Below are positions 20,046-30,116 of a stretch of DNA of 56,039 nucleotides, in pieces. The stretch's first letter is position 1. Every line of letters begins with the position of its first letter. The position numbers and the translations under genes were made by a program. Source of the DNA: Nitrospira sp. (GTDB taxonomy: Bacteria; Nitrospirota; Nitrospiria; Nitrospirales; Nitrospiraceae); contig JANDJG010000003.1 in assembly GCA_024331085.1 (NCBI GenBank), positions 1 to 56,039 on the forward strand, written 5' to 3'. The notes below the pieces were generated by a model. It did no database searches, had not been told where the DNA came from, and saw only the letters and a program-made list of their open reading frames with translations.

Positions 20046-20788
20046 TCCAAACTTTCAGTCTTGCGTCCCCGCCTGCGTTCGGTTCTTTTGGTCCTCCCAC
20101 TGATGACGAGTGTGATATCAGAGAAGGTAGGATGTGACGCCAGCAGATTCTGTATCTGGTGAGCGGTTCCCCTCAGGGTTTGTTCAGAGGGAGTGGTCAG
20201 GTCGCAGGCTAACGTGAGATGACGTCGGGGATCTGTCTCCTCGATCGTGCTCAGCACGAAAGACAGCGAGTCGATCGTACAGAAGGCGACGGCTGCGGTT
20301 TCATCGGCCAGGTGGTCGGCGAGGACACGGCGAATAGTTCGTTTTGTGTCCGGTAGTTGTCCAAGAAACAGGAAACGGTCCGTCGGAAGTCCCGCGACAG
20401 AAAGCGCCGCCGTTAGAGCCGATGGTCCGGGAATCGACACGACGCGAATGTCATGGGCGTGGGCGGATGCCACCAAGATGGAGCCGGGATCGGCGATCAT
20501 CGGTGAACCGCAATCCGATACGAGAGCGATTCGCCAGCCCTGTTTCAAACGATCGACTAAAACCGCCGCTTTCTGTTTGATGCCAGTCGGCCCGTAACTT
20601 GTCAATGCCGTGTCGATGCCGTGATGGGCCAGTAATCGACGGGTAGCGGCCGGGTCTTCAGAGGCGATGAGGTCGGCACCGCGGAGAACTTGAAGGGCGC
20701 GCAACGTGATATCGTCGGCGTGCCCGATCGGCACGGCGACAACATAGAGAATCCCTTCTCTCCTTTGTTGACTCTGCGTAAGGCTCAT
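20042..20788 (-). CDS. rsmI: 16S rRNA C1402 2'-O-methyltransferase RsmI family
   Basis: LYVVA.PIG...DITLRAL..L, ALVSD.G.P.IADPG, IPGPSA; some motifs diverge (SED, CDLT). Confidence 0.8.
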   Translation of the reverse strand: MSLTQSQQRREGILYVVAVPIGHADDITLRALQVLRGADLIASEDPAATRRLLAHHGIDTALTSYGPTGIKQKAAVLVDRLKQGWRIALVSDCGSPMIADPGSILVASAHAHDIRVVSIPGPSALTAALSVAGLPTDRFLFLGQLPDTKRTIRRVLADHLADETAAVAFCTIDSLSFVLSTIEETDPRRHLTLACDLTTPSEQTLRGTAHQIQNLLASHPTFSDITLVISGRTKRTERRRGRKTESLD

Positions 20789-20859
20789 CGATATAATCCC
20801 TTGCTAATCTTCACAATTTCGCCGCCGGCCAGGAACGGGATTGGGAAAAGGCGCGTCCG

Positions 20860-21663
20860 ATGGCCTCAGTCTGTTTCATGATTACCATGGCGCTGTATCT
20901 CGCGGCTACGATCTCGTTTCTCGTTTATTTGTTGCGACGTTCCGATGCCCTATCAAACATTTCTCTGGGAATTACAGCCGTAGGGTTTCTGTTTCATACC
21001 GTTGCATTGGCTGCCAAAGCGGCGGCCTCCTCTTCGTCGTCCCACCCCAGTTTCTTTGAAGCGCTGTCCTTCTTTTCCTGGATGATCATCCTTGTTTTTC
21101 TCCTGGTGGAATTCCGGCATCGTATTCCCGTGCTTGGTTCATTCATGGTTCCGTTGGCGCTGATGTCGCTGGTCTCGGCGGCCGCGTTGCCGGAGACCGT
21201 TCCAACCCTGAAGCCCGTTTTTAAGACTTTGTGGATTCATGTGGCGCTGAGCATGTTGGGTGCCGTTGGGTTTGCGGTGGGATTTGTGGCCGGGGTGATG
21301 TATTTGATTCAAGAGCGTCTGCTGAAATCGAAACGGTTCAACGTCCTCTACAGCAAATTGCCCGCTCTCGATTTTCTGGACCGTTTGAATCAGCAATCCA
21401 TTGTGCTGGGCTTCCCGCTGCTGACGCTGGGGATCGTCACCGGCGCGATCTCCGCCGAATTCTCGCGCGGTTCGTATATGACGTGGAATCCCGAGCAGAC
21501 GGGAGCGGTGGTCACCTGGCTGTTTTATTTCGTCGTATTGTTGGGGCGTCTGACGGTCGGATGGCGGGCGAAACGGGCCGCGTATTTGACGGTGGTCGGA
21601 TTCGCCTGCGTCATCCTGACGTTGGTCGGAGTCGTGCTCAAGGGCCATGGAGATGTGTCGTGA
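20860..21663 (+). CDS. Cytochrome c assembly family membrane protein (CcsA/HemX-like)
   Basis: Multiple TM helices, WIHV, YLIQER.LK, LPALD.LD.LN, GWR.KRAA; directly upstream of hemA. Confidence 0.85.
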   Translation: MASVCFMITMALYLAATISFLVYLLRRSDALSNISLGITAVGFLFHTVALAAKAAASSSSSHPSFFEALSFFSWMIILVFLLVEFRHRIPVLGSFMVPLALMSLVSAAALPETVPTLKPVFKTLWIHVALSMLGAVGFAVGFVAGVMYLIQERLLKSKRFNVLYSKLPALDFLDRLNQQSIVLGFPLLTLGIVTGAISAEFSRGSYMTWNPEQTGAVVTWLFYFVVLLGRLTVGWRAKRAAYLTVVGFACVILTLVGVVLKGHGDVS

Positions 21664-21664
21664 C

Positions 21665-23041
21665 ATGCACGTAATTGTCGTGGGATTAAGCCATAAGACG
21701 GCTCCGATTGAGATCAGGGAAAAGTTGGCCGTTCCGGAAAGCCGGTTGGGAGAAGCGTTGAGCCGGCTGTGTTCGTACGAGGGGGTCAGAGAGGGGATGT
21801 TGCTCTCGACCTGCAATCGTGTGGAAGTCTATTCGGTCGTCGAAGACGTGGAAGTCGGGCACGAACGCATCCAAGAATTCCTGGCGGATACGAACCTATC
21901 GTTATCTTCGGAACAACTGACGCCGCATCTGTACTGGTATACGGGTGATCGGGCGATCGCCCATTTGTTTCGAGTGGCGGCGAGCCTCGATTCAATGGTC
22001 GTCGGCGAGTCGCAGATTCTGGGGCAACTGAAAGACGCCTTCGAGGTCGCCTTGGCGCACAAGACGACGGGCGTCATTATGAACAAGATCGTCAAGAAAG
22101 CCATTTCGGTCGCGAAGCGGGTGAGGACAGAGACGAAGATCGCCGAAACGGCGGTTTCCGTGAGTTATGCGGCGGTGGAGCTGGCCAAGAAGATTTTTTC
22201 CAACCTTGACGAGAAGACCGTGATGCTCGTGGGAGCCGGAGAGATGGCGAAGTTGGCGGCGCGGCATTTGATCGCCCAGGGGGTGCGACAGGTGCGGATC
22301 ACGACGAGAACGCCGCAGCACGCGATCGATTTGGCCGACAAGTTCGGCGGAACGCCTATTCCGTTCGACCATTTCAAAGACGAAATGGCGGCGGCGGACA
22401 TCGTGTTGGTTTCCACGGGCGCGTCGCATTATCTTGTCGGCGCGGAAGACGTGCAACGGGCGGTCGACAAGCGTGGGAACCGTCCGATGTTTTTGATCGA
22501 TATCTCGGTCCCGCGCAACATTGATCCGGCCGTTCGCCACGTCGACAATGCGTTTTTGTTCGACATCGACGACTTGACGCATCGAGTCCAACGGAATCGG
22601 GAAGAGCGGCTTCAGGAAGCGGAAAAGGCGGAGCGGATGATCGTGGAAGAGGTCGCCGTTACCGTCGAATGGATGAAATCATTGGAAGTGACTCCGACGA
22701 TCATCGCGCTGCGCAATCGCGTGGACGAAATTAAGCGAATGGAAGTCGAACGGGTCCTTGGTCGATTATCCCATCTCTCGCCGCAAGACCGTGAATTGGT
22801 GGAGGGATTGGCGTCCTCGATCGTGAACAAGTTGATTCATCGGACCATGGTGACTCTGAAGGCGGAAGTCAATTCGTCGAACGGCCCGGCCTTTGTCGAA
22901 GCCGCCCGCCGGTTTTTCCATCTTGACCGGCCTTCTCCTTCCGATCTCTCCGAAGCGGATCGATCGCGGTATCTCGCCGGCCGGTCTCATGCTTCGGACC
23001 GGGAAGAGCCCGAATCGGTCGCTCACAAGCAGGTTCGTTGA
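21665..23041 (+). CDS. hemA: Glutamyl-tRNA reductase
   Basis: GLSHKTAP..IRE, LSTCNRVE, LDSMVVGE.QILGQ, GAGEMA. Confidence 0.97.
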   Translation: MHVIVVGLSHKTAPIEIREKLAVPESRLGEALSRLCSYEGVREGMLLSTCNRVEVYSVVEDVEVGHERIQEFLADTNLSLSSEQLTPHLYWYTGDRAIAHLFRVAASLDSMVVGESQILGQLKDAFEVALAHKTTGVIMNKIVKKAISVAKRVRTETKIAETAVSVSYAAVELAKKIFSNLDEKTVMLVGAGEMAKLAARHLIAQGVRQVRITTRTPQHAIDLADKFGGTPIPFDHFKDEMAAADIVLVSTGASHYLVGAEDVQRAVDKRGNRPMFLIDISVPRNIDPAVRHVDNAFLFDIDDLTHRVQRNREERLQEAEKAERMIVEEVAVTVEWMKSLEVTPTIIALRNRVDEIKRMEVERVLGRLSHLSPQDRELVEGLASSIVNKLIHRTMVTLKAEVNSSNGPAFVEAARRFFHLDRPSPSDLSEADRSRYLAGRSHASDREEPESVAHKQVR

Positions 23042-23053
23042 GTTGTCGCCGGC

Positions 23054-24025
23054 GTGAACGGAAACATGGCGGGGATGTCGGTGCCACCAGATCGTCGATC
23101 GGCGTTAGTCATCGGAACAAGAGGAAGCAAACTCGCGCTCCGACAGAGCGAATGGTTTCGATCGCGCGTTCAAGCCGTCGCGCCGGATATCGGCGTGACG
23201 TTGCGCAAGATTCAGACGTCCGGTGACAAGATCCTCGATGTGCCGCTGGCCAAGATCGGCGGAAAAGGGCTCTTCGTCAAAGAAATCGAGGAAGCCCTGC
23301 TCGCCGGCGAGATTGACCTGGCGGTTCACAGCATGAAGGATGTACCGGCTGAAATGCCGGGCGGGCTCGACATTCTCTGCGTGCCTTCCCGCGAAGACGC
23401 CCGCGACGCGTTGATCAGCCGAGACGGGCGAGGATTCAAGGACCTGCCGCCCGGCGCCGTCATCGGCACCGCGAGTTTGCGCCGGCAGGCGCAGCTCCTC
23501 GGCGTCAGACCCGACCTCCGGATCAGCCTGTTGCGAGGCAATCTCGACACTCGCCTCAGAAAGTTGAAAGAAGGAGATTTCGACGCCATCGTGCTGGCCG
23601 CGGCCGGATTGCATCGGTTGGCGTGGGCCGGGGAGATTACCGAGTATCTCGATCCGATCGTCAGTTTGCCGGCGATCGGCCAGGGAGCGTTGGGCATTCA
23701 AGGACGGAGCGATGACGGTTTTGTGCGTTCGATTTTGGAGCCGCTCAACGATCCGGTCACGCGAACGGCCGTGACCGCGGAGCGCGCATTTTTGCATCGG
23801 CTGGAGGGGGGGTGCCAAGTGCCGATCGCCGCCCATGCGACGGTGTCCGAGGGACAGGTCCGGTTGGATGGGCTCGTGGCCAGTGTGGATGGGAAGACCA
23901 TCATTCGAGATCAGATTCAGGGCGCGAATGAGAATGCCTTCGCAATAGGTGTTCAATTGGCCGAACGATTGCTCGCAAGGGGCGGCGACCGAATCCTTCG
24001 AGACATTTATGGAACCGATCGATGA
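23054..24025 (+). CDS. hemC: Hydroxymethylbilane synthase
   Basis: GTRGSKLA, GGKGLFVKEIE, AVHSMKDVP, LEGGCQVP; start may be 23066 or 23075. Confidence 0.97.
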   Translation: MNGNMAGMSVPPDRRSALVIGTRGSKLALRQSEWFRSRVQAVAPDIGVTLRKIQTSGDKILDVPLAKIGGKGLFVKEIEEALLAGEIDLAVHSMKDVPAEMPGGLDILCVPSREDARDALISRDGRGFKDLPPGAVIGTASLRRQAQLLGVRPDLRISLLRGNLDTRLRKLKEGDFDAIVLAAAGLHRLAWAGEITEYLDPIVSLPAIGQGALGIQGRSDDGFVRSILEPLNDPVTRTAVTAERAFLHRLEGGCQVPIAAHATVSEGQVRLDGLVASVDGKTIIRDQIQGANENAFAIGVQLAERLLARGGDRILRDIYGTDR

Positions 24026-25602
24026 AGGCCAAAGGGGCAAAGGGCAAGGTTTATTTGGTCGGCGCCGGACCCGGCGACCCAAAGCTGTTGACCATGCGCG
24101 GCTTGGAGTGTCTCAAACGGGCGGACGTAGTGCTTTACGATTATCTGGCAAATTCGGAACTTCTGAAACACGCCCCGAATGAAACGGAGCGGATCTATGT
24201 CGGCCGACGGGGGCGAGGGAAATATCCCGATCAAGATGAGATCACGCGATTGTTGATCGAACGGGCGCGGCAAGGAAAAGTTGTCGTGCGACTCAAAGGC
24301 GGAGATCCGTTCGTGTTTGGACGGGGAGGCGAAGAGGCGGAGGCTCTGGCGTCGGCCGGCGTCGAGTTTGAAATTGTTCCCGGCGTCACGGCCGCGATCG
24401 CGGCTCCGGCCTATGCCGGGATTCCCGTCACCCACAGAACCATGGCTTCCACGGTGACGTTCGTGACCGGGCACGAAGATCCGGAGAAGTCGTCGACGGG
24501 AGTGGAATGGCCTCGGCTCGCAACCAGCCACGGCACGCTCGTGTTTCTGATGGGTGTCAAGAATCTCGCATCGATTACGGCCAATTTGGTGGCCGAAGGG
24601 CGATCGCCCGACACGCCGGCGGCGGTGATTCGGTGGGGAACTAGAGCTTCGCAGCAGACGATCGTCGGGACGTTGGCCGACATTGCCGCCAAGGCGGAGG
24701 CGGCAAAGCTTGAGCCGCCGGCGGTGATCGTCGTAGGGGAAGTGGTCCTTCTCCGGTCGCAACTCAATTGGTTCGAGACCAAGCCGCTGTTTGGGAAACG
24801 GGTGTTGATGACAAGGGCTCAAGAGCAGGCCTGGGAACTGGCCGAGCTGCTGGCCGCGTATGGCGCCGAGCCGATCGAAGCTCCCACAATCCGGATCATG
24901 CCACCGGCCGAGTGGGGAGCGGTCGATCGGGCCATCGCCGACATCGGTTCCTACGACTGGATCATTTTCACCAGCGTCAACGGCGTGAATCGATTCATGA
25001 CCAGATTGCGCGCGAGCGGATTCGACGCGCGTTGTCTGGCCGGACGGGTGATTTGTTGTATCGGGCCCCGCACGGCTCAGGAGATCGAGAAGTTTGGAGT
25101 CAAGGCGGACGTCATTCCGACCGATTACCAGGCGGAAGGCATCATCGGCGCTCTGGAGGGGTTGGATGTCCGATCGATGCGCGTCCTTATCCCACGGGCG
25201 GAAGTGGCGCGTGAAGTGCTTCCGGACGAATTGCGGGCCCGAGGGGCTCATGTCGATGTTGTATCGGTGTATAGGACGGTGATTCCGAACGAAGACGGTG
25301 AACACTGGCGGAGGCTGTTGGCTGAGGGGCAGGTCCATGTGGTCACGTTTACCAGCTCGTCCACGGTCCGCAATTTCGTGGCCATGGTCGGGGGAGCGGA
25401 GCAGGCTATCGCCCTCTTGCGATCGGTCGTCGTGGCCGTGATAGGACCGATTACGGCGAGGACCCTGGAGGAGTTCGGCATGGCGGCCTCAATCATGCCC
25501 GATGAAAATACGATTCCGGCATTGGTCGACGCCATCGTGCGGTATTATGAAAGCCAGGCGAACGTTCCGGCAGGAACGTCGGAGACGATACAGCGACCAT
25601 AA
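24022..25602 (+). CDS. cobA: Uroporphyrinogen-III C-methyltransferase / uroporphyrinogen-III synthase fusion
   Basis: LVGAGPGDP, RLKGGDPFVFGRGGEE; HemD half with FTSVNGV, IGP.TA, FTSSSTV. Confidence 0.95.
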   Translation: MKAKGAKGKVYLVGAGPGDPKLLTMRGLECLKRADVVLYDYLANSELLKHAPNETERIYVGRRGRGKYPDQDEITRLLIERARQGKVVVRLKGGDPFVFGRGGEEAEALASAGVEFEIVPGVTAAIAAPAYAGIPVTHRTMASTVTFVTGHEDPEKSSTGVEWPRLATSHGTLVFLMGVKNLASITANLVAEGRSPDTPAAVIRWGTRASQQTIVGTLADIAAKAEAAKLEPPAVIVVGEVVLLRSQLNWFETKPLFGKRVLMTRAQEQAWELAELLAAYGAEPIEAPTIRIMPPAEWGAVDRAIADIGSYDWIIFTSVNGVNRFMTRLRASGFDARCLAGRVICCIGPRTAQEIEKFGVKADVIPTDYQAEGIIGALEGLDVRSMRVLIPRAEVAREVLPDELRARGAHVDVVSVYRTVIPNEDGEHWRRLLAEGQVHVVTFTSSSTVRNFVAMVGGAEQAIALLRSVVVAVIGPITARTLEEFGMAASIMPDENTIPALVDAIVRYYESQANVPAGTSETIQRP

Positions 25603-25626
25603 AGACGAGAAAAGGAGGGAGGCGGC

Positions 25627-26022
25627 ATGGTTCCAGTGAAGTCATTCATGATTCCACGAGAAAAATTCGTGACGGTGCAGCGGGATACGGACGCTCAGAC
25701 GGCGGCCAGGATTATGCGCGACAAGGGGATCGGCAGCCTGTTCGTGACCAACGATCGTGAGATCATCGGTATTGTGACGGATACGGACATGATGCGTCGG
25801 GTGGTGGCCGCCGGGGCGGATGCCACCAAGACGACGGTGGAACAGATCATGTCCGCTCCTATCATGACCATCGAAGACAACAAAACGCTCCTCGACGCCA
25901 ATGATTTGATGGCTCAGTCTCATGTGCGTCATCTGGGAGTGAGTCGAGACGGAAAACTGGTGGGGATGATTTCCGTCCGCGACCTGGTCGTGTTTTTGAC
26001 GAATCTGCCTCGGAAGAAGTAG
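25627..26022 (+). CDS. Stand-alone CBS-pair protein
   Basis: Two CBS repeats (IGIVTDTD, VGMISVRD); AGGAGG RBS. Confidence 0.9.
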   Translation: MVPVKSFMIPREKFVTVQRDTDAQTAARIMRDKGIGSLFVTNDREIIGIVTDTDMMRRVVAAGADATKTTVEQIMSAPIMTIEDNKTLLDANDLMAQSHVRHLGVSRDGKLVGMISVRDLVVFLTNLPRKK

Positions 26023-26028
26023 GGCTGC

Positions 26029-27009
26029 ATGGCATTTCCAGTCCAGCGACTGCGCCGACTCCGGCAACAGGAAGGCCTCCGGCGGATGGTGCGGGAGACG
26101 GCGTTGTCTGCCGCCGATTTTATCGCGCCGTTCTTCGTCGTCGAAGGTCGAGATCGTCGTGAGCCGATCGCCTCAATGCCGGGCCAATACAGACTTTCCA
26201 TCGACCTGTTGGTCGAGGAGGCCGCCGAGATCAAGGCGCTCGGCGTTCCGGCGATCATTTTATTCGGCATTCCCGCCCAAAAGGACGAGCAAGGCAGCGC
26301 GGGTCTCGATCCGAACGGCATCGTGCAACGGGCGGTCCGGGCGATTAAGGAAAAGGTTCCAGGCCTGATCGTCATCACCGACGTCTGCATCGACGAGTAC
26401 ACCAGCCACGGACACTGCGGGATCGTCCGCGACGGAAAAATCTGTAACGATGAAACCTTGGATTGTCTACGGATCATGGCCCGTACCCACGCCGAAGCGG
26501 GGGCTGATATGGTGGCACCCTCCGATATGATGGACGGACGAGTGGCGGCCATCAGGGATGAACTCGACCGGGCCGGATTTCCCGACGTCCCGATCATGGC
26601 TTATGCGGCCAAGTTCGCCTCCTGTTTTTACGCGCCGTTTCGCGACGCGGCCTTTTCGAGTCCTCAATTCGGCGACCGGCAATCGTATCAAATGGATCCG
26701 GGCAACCGGCGCGAGGCGCTGCGCGAGATCGAACTGGACGTAGAGGAAGGGGCCGATATTGTCATGGTGAAGCCGGCCTTGCCCTATTTGGACGTCATCG
26801 CCGCCGCGAGAAGCCGCACGCTCCTGCCGATCGCCGCCTATCAGGTCAGCGGTGAATACAGCATGATCAAGGCCGCCGCTCAAGCCGGTTGGCTCGATGA
26901 ATCGCGTGCGATCCTCGAATCGTTGGTGGCGATCAAGCGAGCGGGCGCCGATCTGATTTTGACCTATTTCGCCAAAGACGCCGTTCGGTTGCTGGCTTTG
27001 AAAGGCTGA
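26029..27009 (+). CDS. hemB: Porphobilinogen synthase
   Basis: DVC.DEYT.HGHCG, APSDMMDGRV, MVKPA. Confidence 0.97.
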   Translation: MAFPVQRLRRLRQQEGLRRMVRETALSAADFIAPFFVVEGRDRREPIASMPGQYRLSIDLLVEEAAEIKALGVPAIILFGIPAQKDEQGSAGLDPNGIVQRAVRAIKEKVPGLIVITDVCIDEYTSHGHCGIVRDGKICNDETLDCLRIMARTHAEAGADMVAPSDMMDGRVAAIRDELDRAGFPDVPIMAYAAKFASCFYAPFRDAAFSSPQFGDRQSYQMDPGNRREALREIELDVEEGADIVMVKPALPYLDVIAAARSRTLLPIAAYQVSGEYSMIKAAAQAGWLDESRAILESLVAIKRAGADLILTYFAKDAVRLLALKG

Positions 27010-27018
27010 CCGGCGACG

Positions 27019-27978
27019 ATGAAGGTAACCTACGGATATCAGCACGAGATTGCGCGACCCTATCCGGTCGTCACGATCGGGAATTTTGACGGTCATCACG
27101 TTGGGCATCGGGCCCTGTTGCAAGCCGTGGTTGAAACGGCTCGGAAAGTCGGAGGCACCGCCCTGGTCCTGACCTTCGACCCGCATCCGGTGAGGATCCT
27201 GGCTCCGCACGCCAATCTCCGATTCTTGACCGATCCGGAGGAAAAACTGGGGTTCTTCCGGGCGGCCGGCGTCGATGAGGTTGTCTTCGTAGAGTTTACT
27301 CGGTCGTTTGCCGCTCTGACGCCCGAAACGTTTGTGGAGCAGGTGCTTGTGCAAGGGTTGCATGCAAAAGAATTGTTCATTGGACGGCACTTTGTCTTCG
27401 GCCACAACCGAGCGGGAAAGGTGGAGGATCTGGTGACCTTGGGGGCGCGCCATGGCTTTCTCGTTCACCCGATGGATCCGGTTTTGGCCGGCGGAGCCAT
27501 CGTCAGCTCGACAAGAATCCGCCAACTGATTCAAGCGGGATTGGTGGATCAGGCGGCGACGTTGCTCGGTCGCCGCTACACCATCGCCGGTACGGTCTCC
27601 CGCGGGGCGCAAAGGGGACATGAGGTGGGGTGGCGAACGGCCAACCTTCGGCTCCCCGCTGATCGCGTCACGCCTCCGGACGGTGTCTATGCCACCGTCG
27701 CTCTGTGGAAGGAGCGTCGGCATGACTCGATTTCGTATATCGGAACAAGGCCGACGTTCGGCGCAGGCGAACGGTTGCTCGAAGTTCATCTGTTGGACGA
27801 GGAGCCTGATCTGTACGGAGAGCGGATCGTCGTTGAATTCGTCGGGCGGGTCAGAGGCGACGTCCGGTTTGCTGGGGCTGAAGCGTTGAGCCGGCAAATC
27901 GCACTCGATGTGGGGGCCGCAAGGGAGCTGCTGCGCAATATTCAGCCGACGCAGGCGGCGACAATGGAAAAACGATGA
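27019..27978 (+). CDS. ribF: Bifunctional riboflavin kinase / FAD synthetase
   Basis: TIGNFDG.H.GH, TFDPHP, VSSTRIR, TANL, G.RPTF. Confidence 0.95.
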   Translation: MKVTYGYQHEIARPYPVVTIGNFDGHHVGHRALLQAVVETARKVGGTALVLTFDPHPVRILAPHANLRFLTDPEEKLGFFRAAGVDEVVFVEFTRSFAALTPETFVEQVLVQGLHAKELFIGRHFVFGHNRAGKVEDLVTLGARHGFLVHPMDPVLAGGAIVSSTRIRQLIQAGLVDQAATLLGRRYTIAGTVSRGAQRGHEVGWRTANLRLPADRVTPPDGVYATVALWKERRHDSISYIGTRPTFGAGERLLEVHLLDEEPDLYGERIVVEFVGRVRGDVRFAGAEALSRQIALDVGAARELLRNIQPTQAATMEKR

Positions 27979-29456
27979 CGACGGTGGTTTCACGAGCTAC
28001 GGGTCACCCCGCAAATACGGGGTGGCCTCCCTTGCTCCAGCGGGTCGTCAGGACCATTCGGACGAGGCACTTGTTCGATCCGGGCCGGCACCTGCTCGTG
28101 GCGGTCTCGGGGGGGCCGGACTCGATGGCCCTGTTGTCGCTGCTCAACCGATTGAGACCTTCCTGGCGACTGACCCTCACGGTGGTCCATTACAATTATG
28201 GATTGCGGGGAACCGAATCCGACGGCGATCAAGCCTGCGTTGAGGACCTGTGTCGTCGGTGGGACCTGCCGTTGTTCGTCGAGCGGCTGGACGTCGGCTC
28301 TCGCCCGCGAGGAACCTCTCTGCAAGCGACCGCCCGCGAATTGCGTTACGAGGCGATGATGAAGAGGGCCCTCGTTTGCGGGGCGGACCGGATTGCCCTG
28401 GGACACACCGCTGACGATCAGGCCGAAACCGTTTTGCTGTGGATGCTCCGCGGGGCCGGACTGACCGGAGCATCCGGCATGCCGCCCTGTCGAAACCATC
28501 TCTTTGTCAGGCCGTTGTATGACACGAGACGAGAGGACGTACTTGCCTACCTTCGCGAGGAGGGCGTGCCGTTTCGATGCGATTCCAGCAATGAGAAGCC
28601 TGTGTACCTCCGAAATCGGATCAGGCATGAGATTATGCCGGTCTTGGAGAAGGTGGTTCCGTCGGCCGTCGGGGCCCTGTGCCGACTCGCCGATCTTTGT
28701 GCCGAAGATGACCGGTACCTCGAAAAACACATCGTCGCCTTATGTGAGGGAAAGATCACGCGGCTACCGGATGGGAGAAAAGCGGTGGACCGATCGTTTT
28801 TTAAGAGTCTGCCGCGCGCCGTTCAGAGACGCGTTGTCAGGAATCTGTGCAAAGAATGGAATGCGAGGGGTCGTCCGCCTGGTATGAAGGCGGTGGAGTC
28901 TCTTCTCCGTATCGCGAACGCACCGACAGTACGTTCTTCCATGTGTATGGCATCTGTCGGGGTCATGATTGAAAGAGACCGATTGTGCTTTGCTCCTTCC
29001 AATTTCAGCGCCGATTGCAGCAAGCCGGCCGGTGTTTATTCGGCTGGGACGGTGCCGGTGGCGCTTACGATTCCAGGAGCCGTCGTCTGGCCTGAAACGG
29101 GTCATCGCATCGAGGCTTTCAAGATCAAAAAGAAAGATCTTCGACTGATCGGGGGAAGGGATCGAACGAGAATCATGGTGGATGCAAACAGAATTTCTGA
29201 AGGCCTGGTCGTGCGGAGTTGGAAGCCGGGAGATCGTTTTTGTCCGTTCGGCATGGGAGGCCGGTCGAAAAAACTCCAGGATTTTTTCATGGACCTGAAA
29301 GTGCCGGTCCGGGAGAGGCGTTGCGTGCCGATCGTAGAGGCTCCGGAGGGCATCGTGTGGGTCGTCGGGTACAGACAGGATGACCGGTGGTCCGTGGATG
29401 AGAAGACCGAATGGTGTGTGGTGCTCAGCGTGCGAGAGCATTTGGAGGGGAGCTAA
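27975..29456 (+). CDS. tilS: tRNA(Ile)-lysidine synthase
   Basis: AVSGGPDS PP-loop, GHTADDQAET, RNRIRH. Confidence 0.96.
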   Translation: MTTVVSRATGHPANTGWPPLLQRVVRTIRTRHLFDPGRHLLVAVSGGPDSMALLSLLNRLRPSWRLTLTVVHYNYGLRGTESDGDQACVEDLCRRWDLPLFVERLDVGSRPRGTSLQATARELRYEAMMKRALVCGADRIALGHTADDQAETVLLWMLRGAGLTGASGMPPCRNHLFVRPLYDTRREDVLAYLREEGVPFRCDSSNEKPVYLRNRIRHEIMPVLEKVVPSAVGALCRLADLCAEDDRYLEKHIVALCEGKITRLPDGRKAVDRSFFKSLPRAVQRRVVRNLCKEWNARGRPPGMKAVESLLRIANAPTVRSSMCMASVGVMIERDRLCFAPSNFSADCSKPAGVYSAGTVPVALTIPGAVVWPETGHRIEAFKIKKKDLRLIGGRDRTRIMVDANRISEGLVVRSWKPGDRFCPFGMGGRSKKLQDFFMDLKVPVRERRCVPIVEAPEGIVWVVGYRQDDRWSVDEKTEWCVVLSVREHLEGS

Positions 29457-29459
29457 GGC

Positions 29460-30008
29460 ATGGAACGATTGTTTGGAAAGCCGATCGTGACCCAAGAGCA
29501 AATGAGGACCCGCATCCGTGAATTGGGCCGACAGATCAGCGCGGATTACACGGGCAAAGACCTTGTGTTGATCGGCGTCTTGAAAGGAGCGTATGCTTTC
29601 TACGCGGATTTGGCCAGGGCCATCCGCATTCCGATACGGGTGGATTTTCTGGTGGTGACCACGGAGAAGACAAAAGGGGGGGCGCCGGGGAAAGCCAAAT
29701 TGATTTCGGATTTGACCGAAACAATCACAGGGAAAGACGTACTGCTGGTTGAAGATATCGTCGATTCGGGGTTGACGGCTCAGCGGTTGCTCACGACCCT
29801 TGCGAAGAAAAAGCCGCGCAGCATAAACATCTGCGCGCTTCTCAGTAAGCAGGAGGGCCGAGTTGTGGACGTTCATGTCGCATACATCGGATTTACGGTT
29901 CCTAATCGATACATCGTGGGCTATGGGCTCGACTACCAGCAAAAATACCGAAATCTTCCTTACCTGGCGGTTCTCGATGAGAAGGATCTTACGAAGAAAA
30001 GGGAGTAG
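29460..30008 (+). CDS. hpt: Hypoxanthine phosphoribosyltransferase
   Basis: VLLVEDIVDSGLT PRPP motif, VGYGLDY..KYRNLP. Confidence 0.95.
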   Translation: MERLFGKPIVTQEQMRTRIRELGRQISADYTGKDLVLIGVLKGAYAFYADLARAIRIPIRVDFLVVTTEKTKGGAPGKAKLISDLTETITGKDVLLVEDIVDSGLTAQRLLTTLAKKKPRSINICALLSKQEGRVVDVHVAYIGFTVPNRYIVGYGLDYQQKYRNLPYLAVLDEKDLTKKRE

Positions 30009-30116
30009 GCATCCGGCGCGTTGTTGTCAAGCCGATCGGTGCTATGTTAACATCACATCAGTTTCGATCGACGAACGGTCCCGTTCAGTTGTCACGTTAG
30101 CACGAAGGAGATCCGG

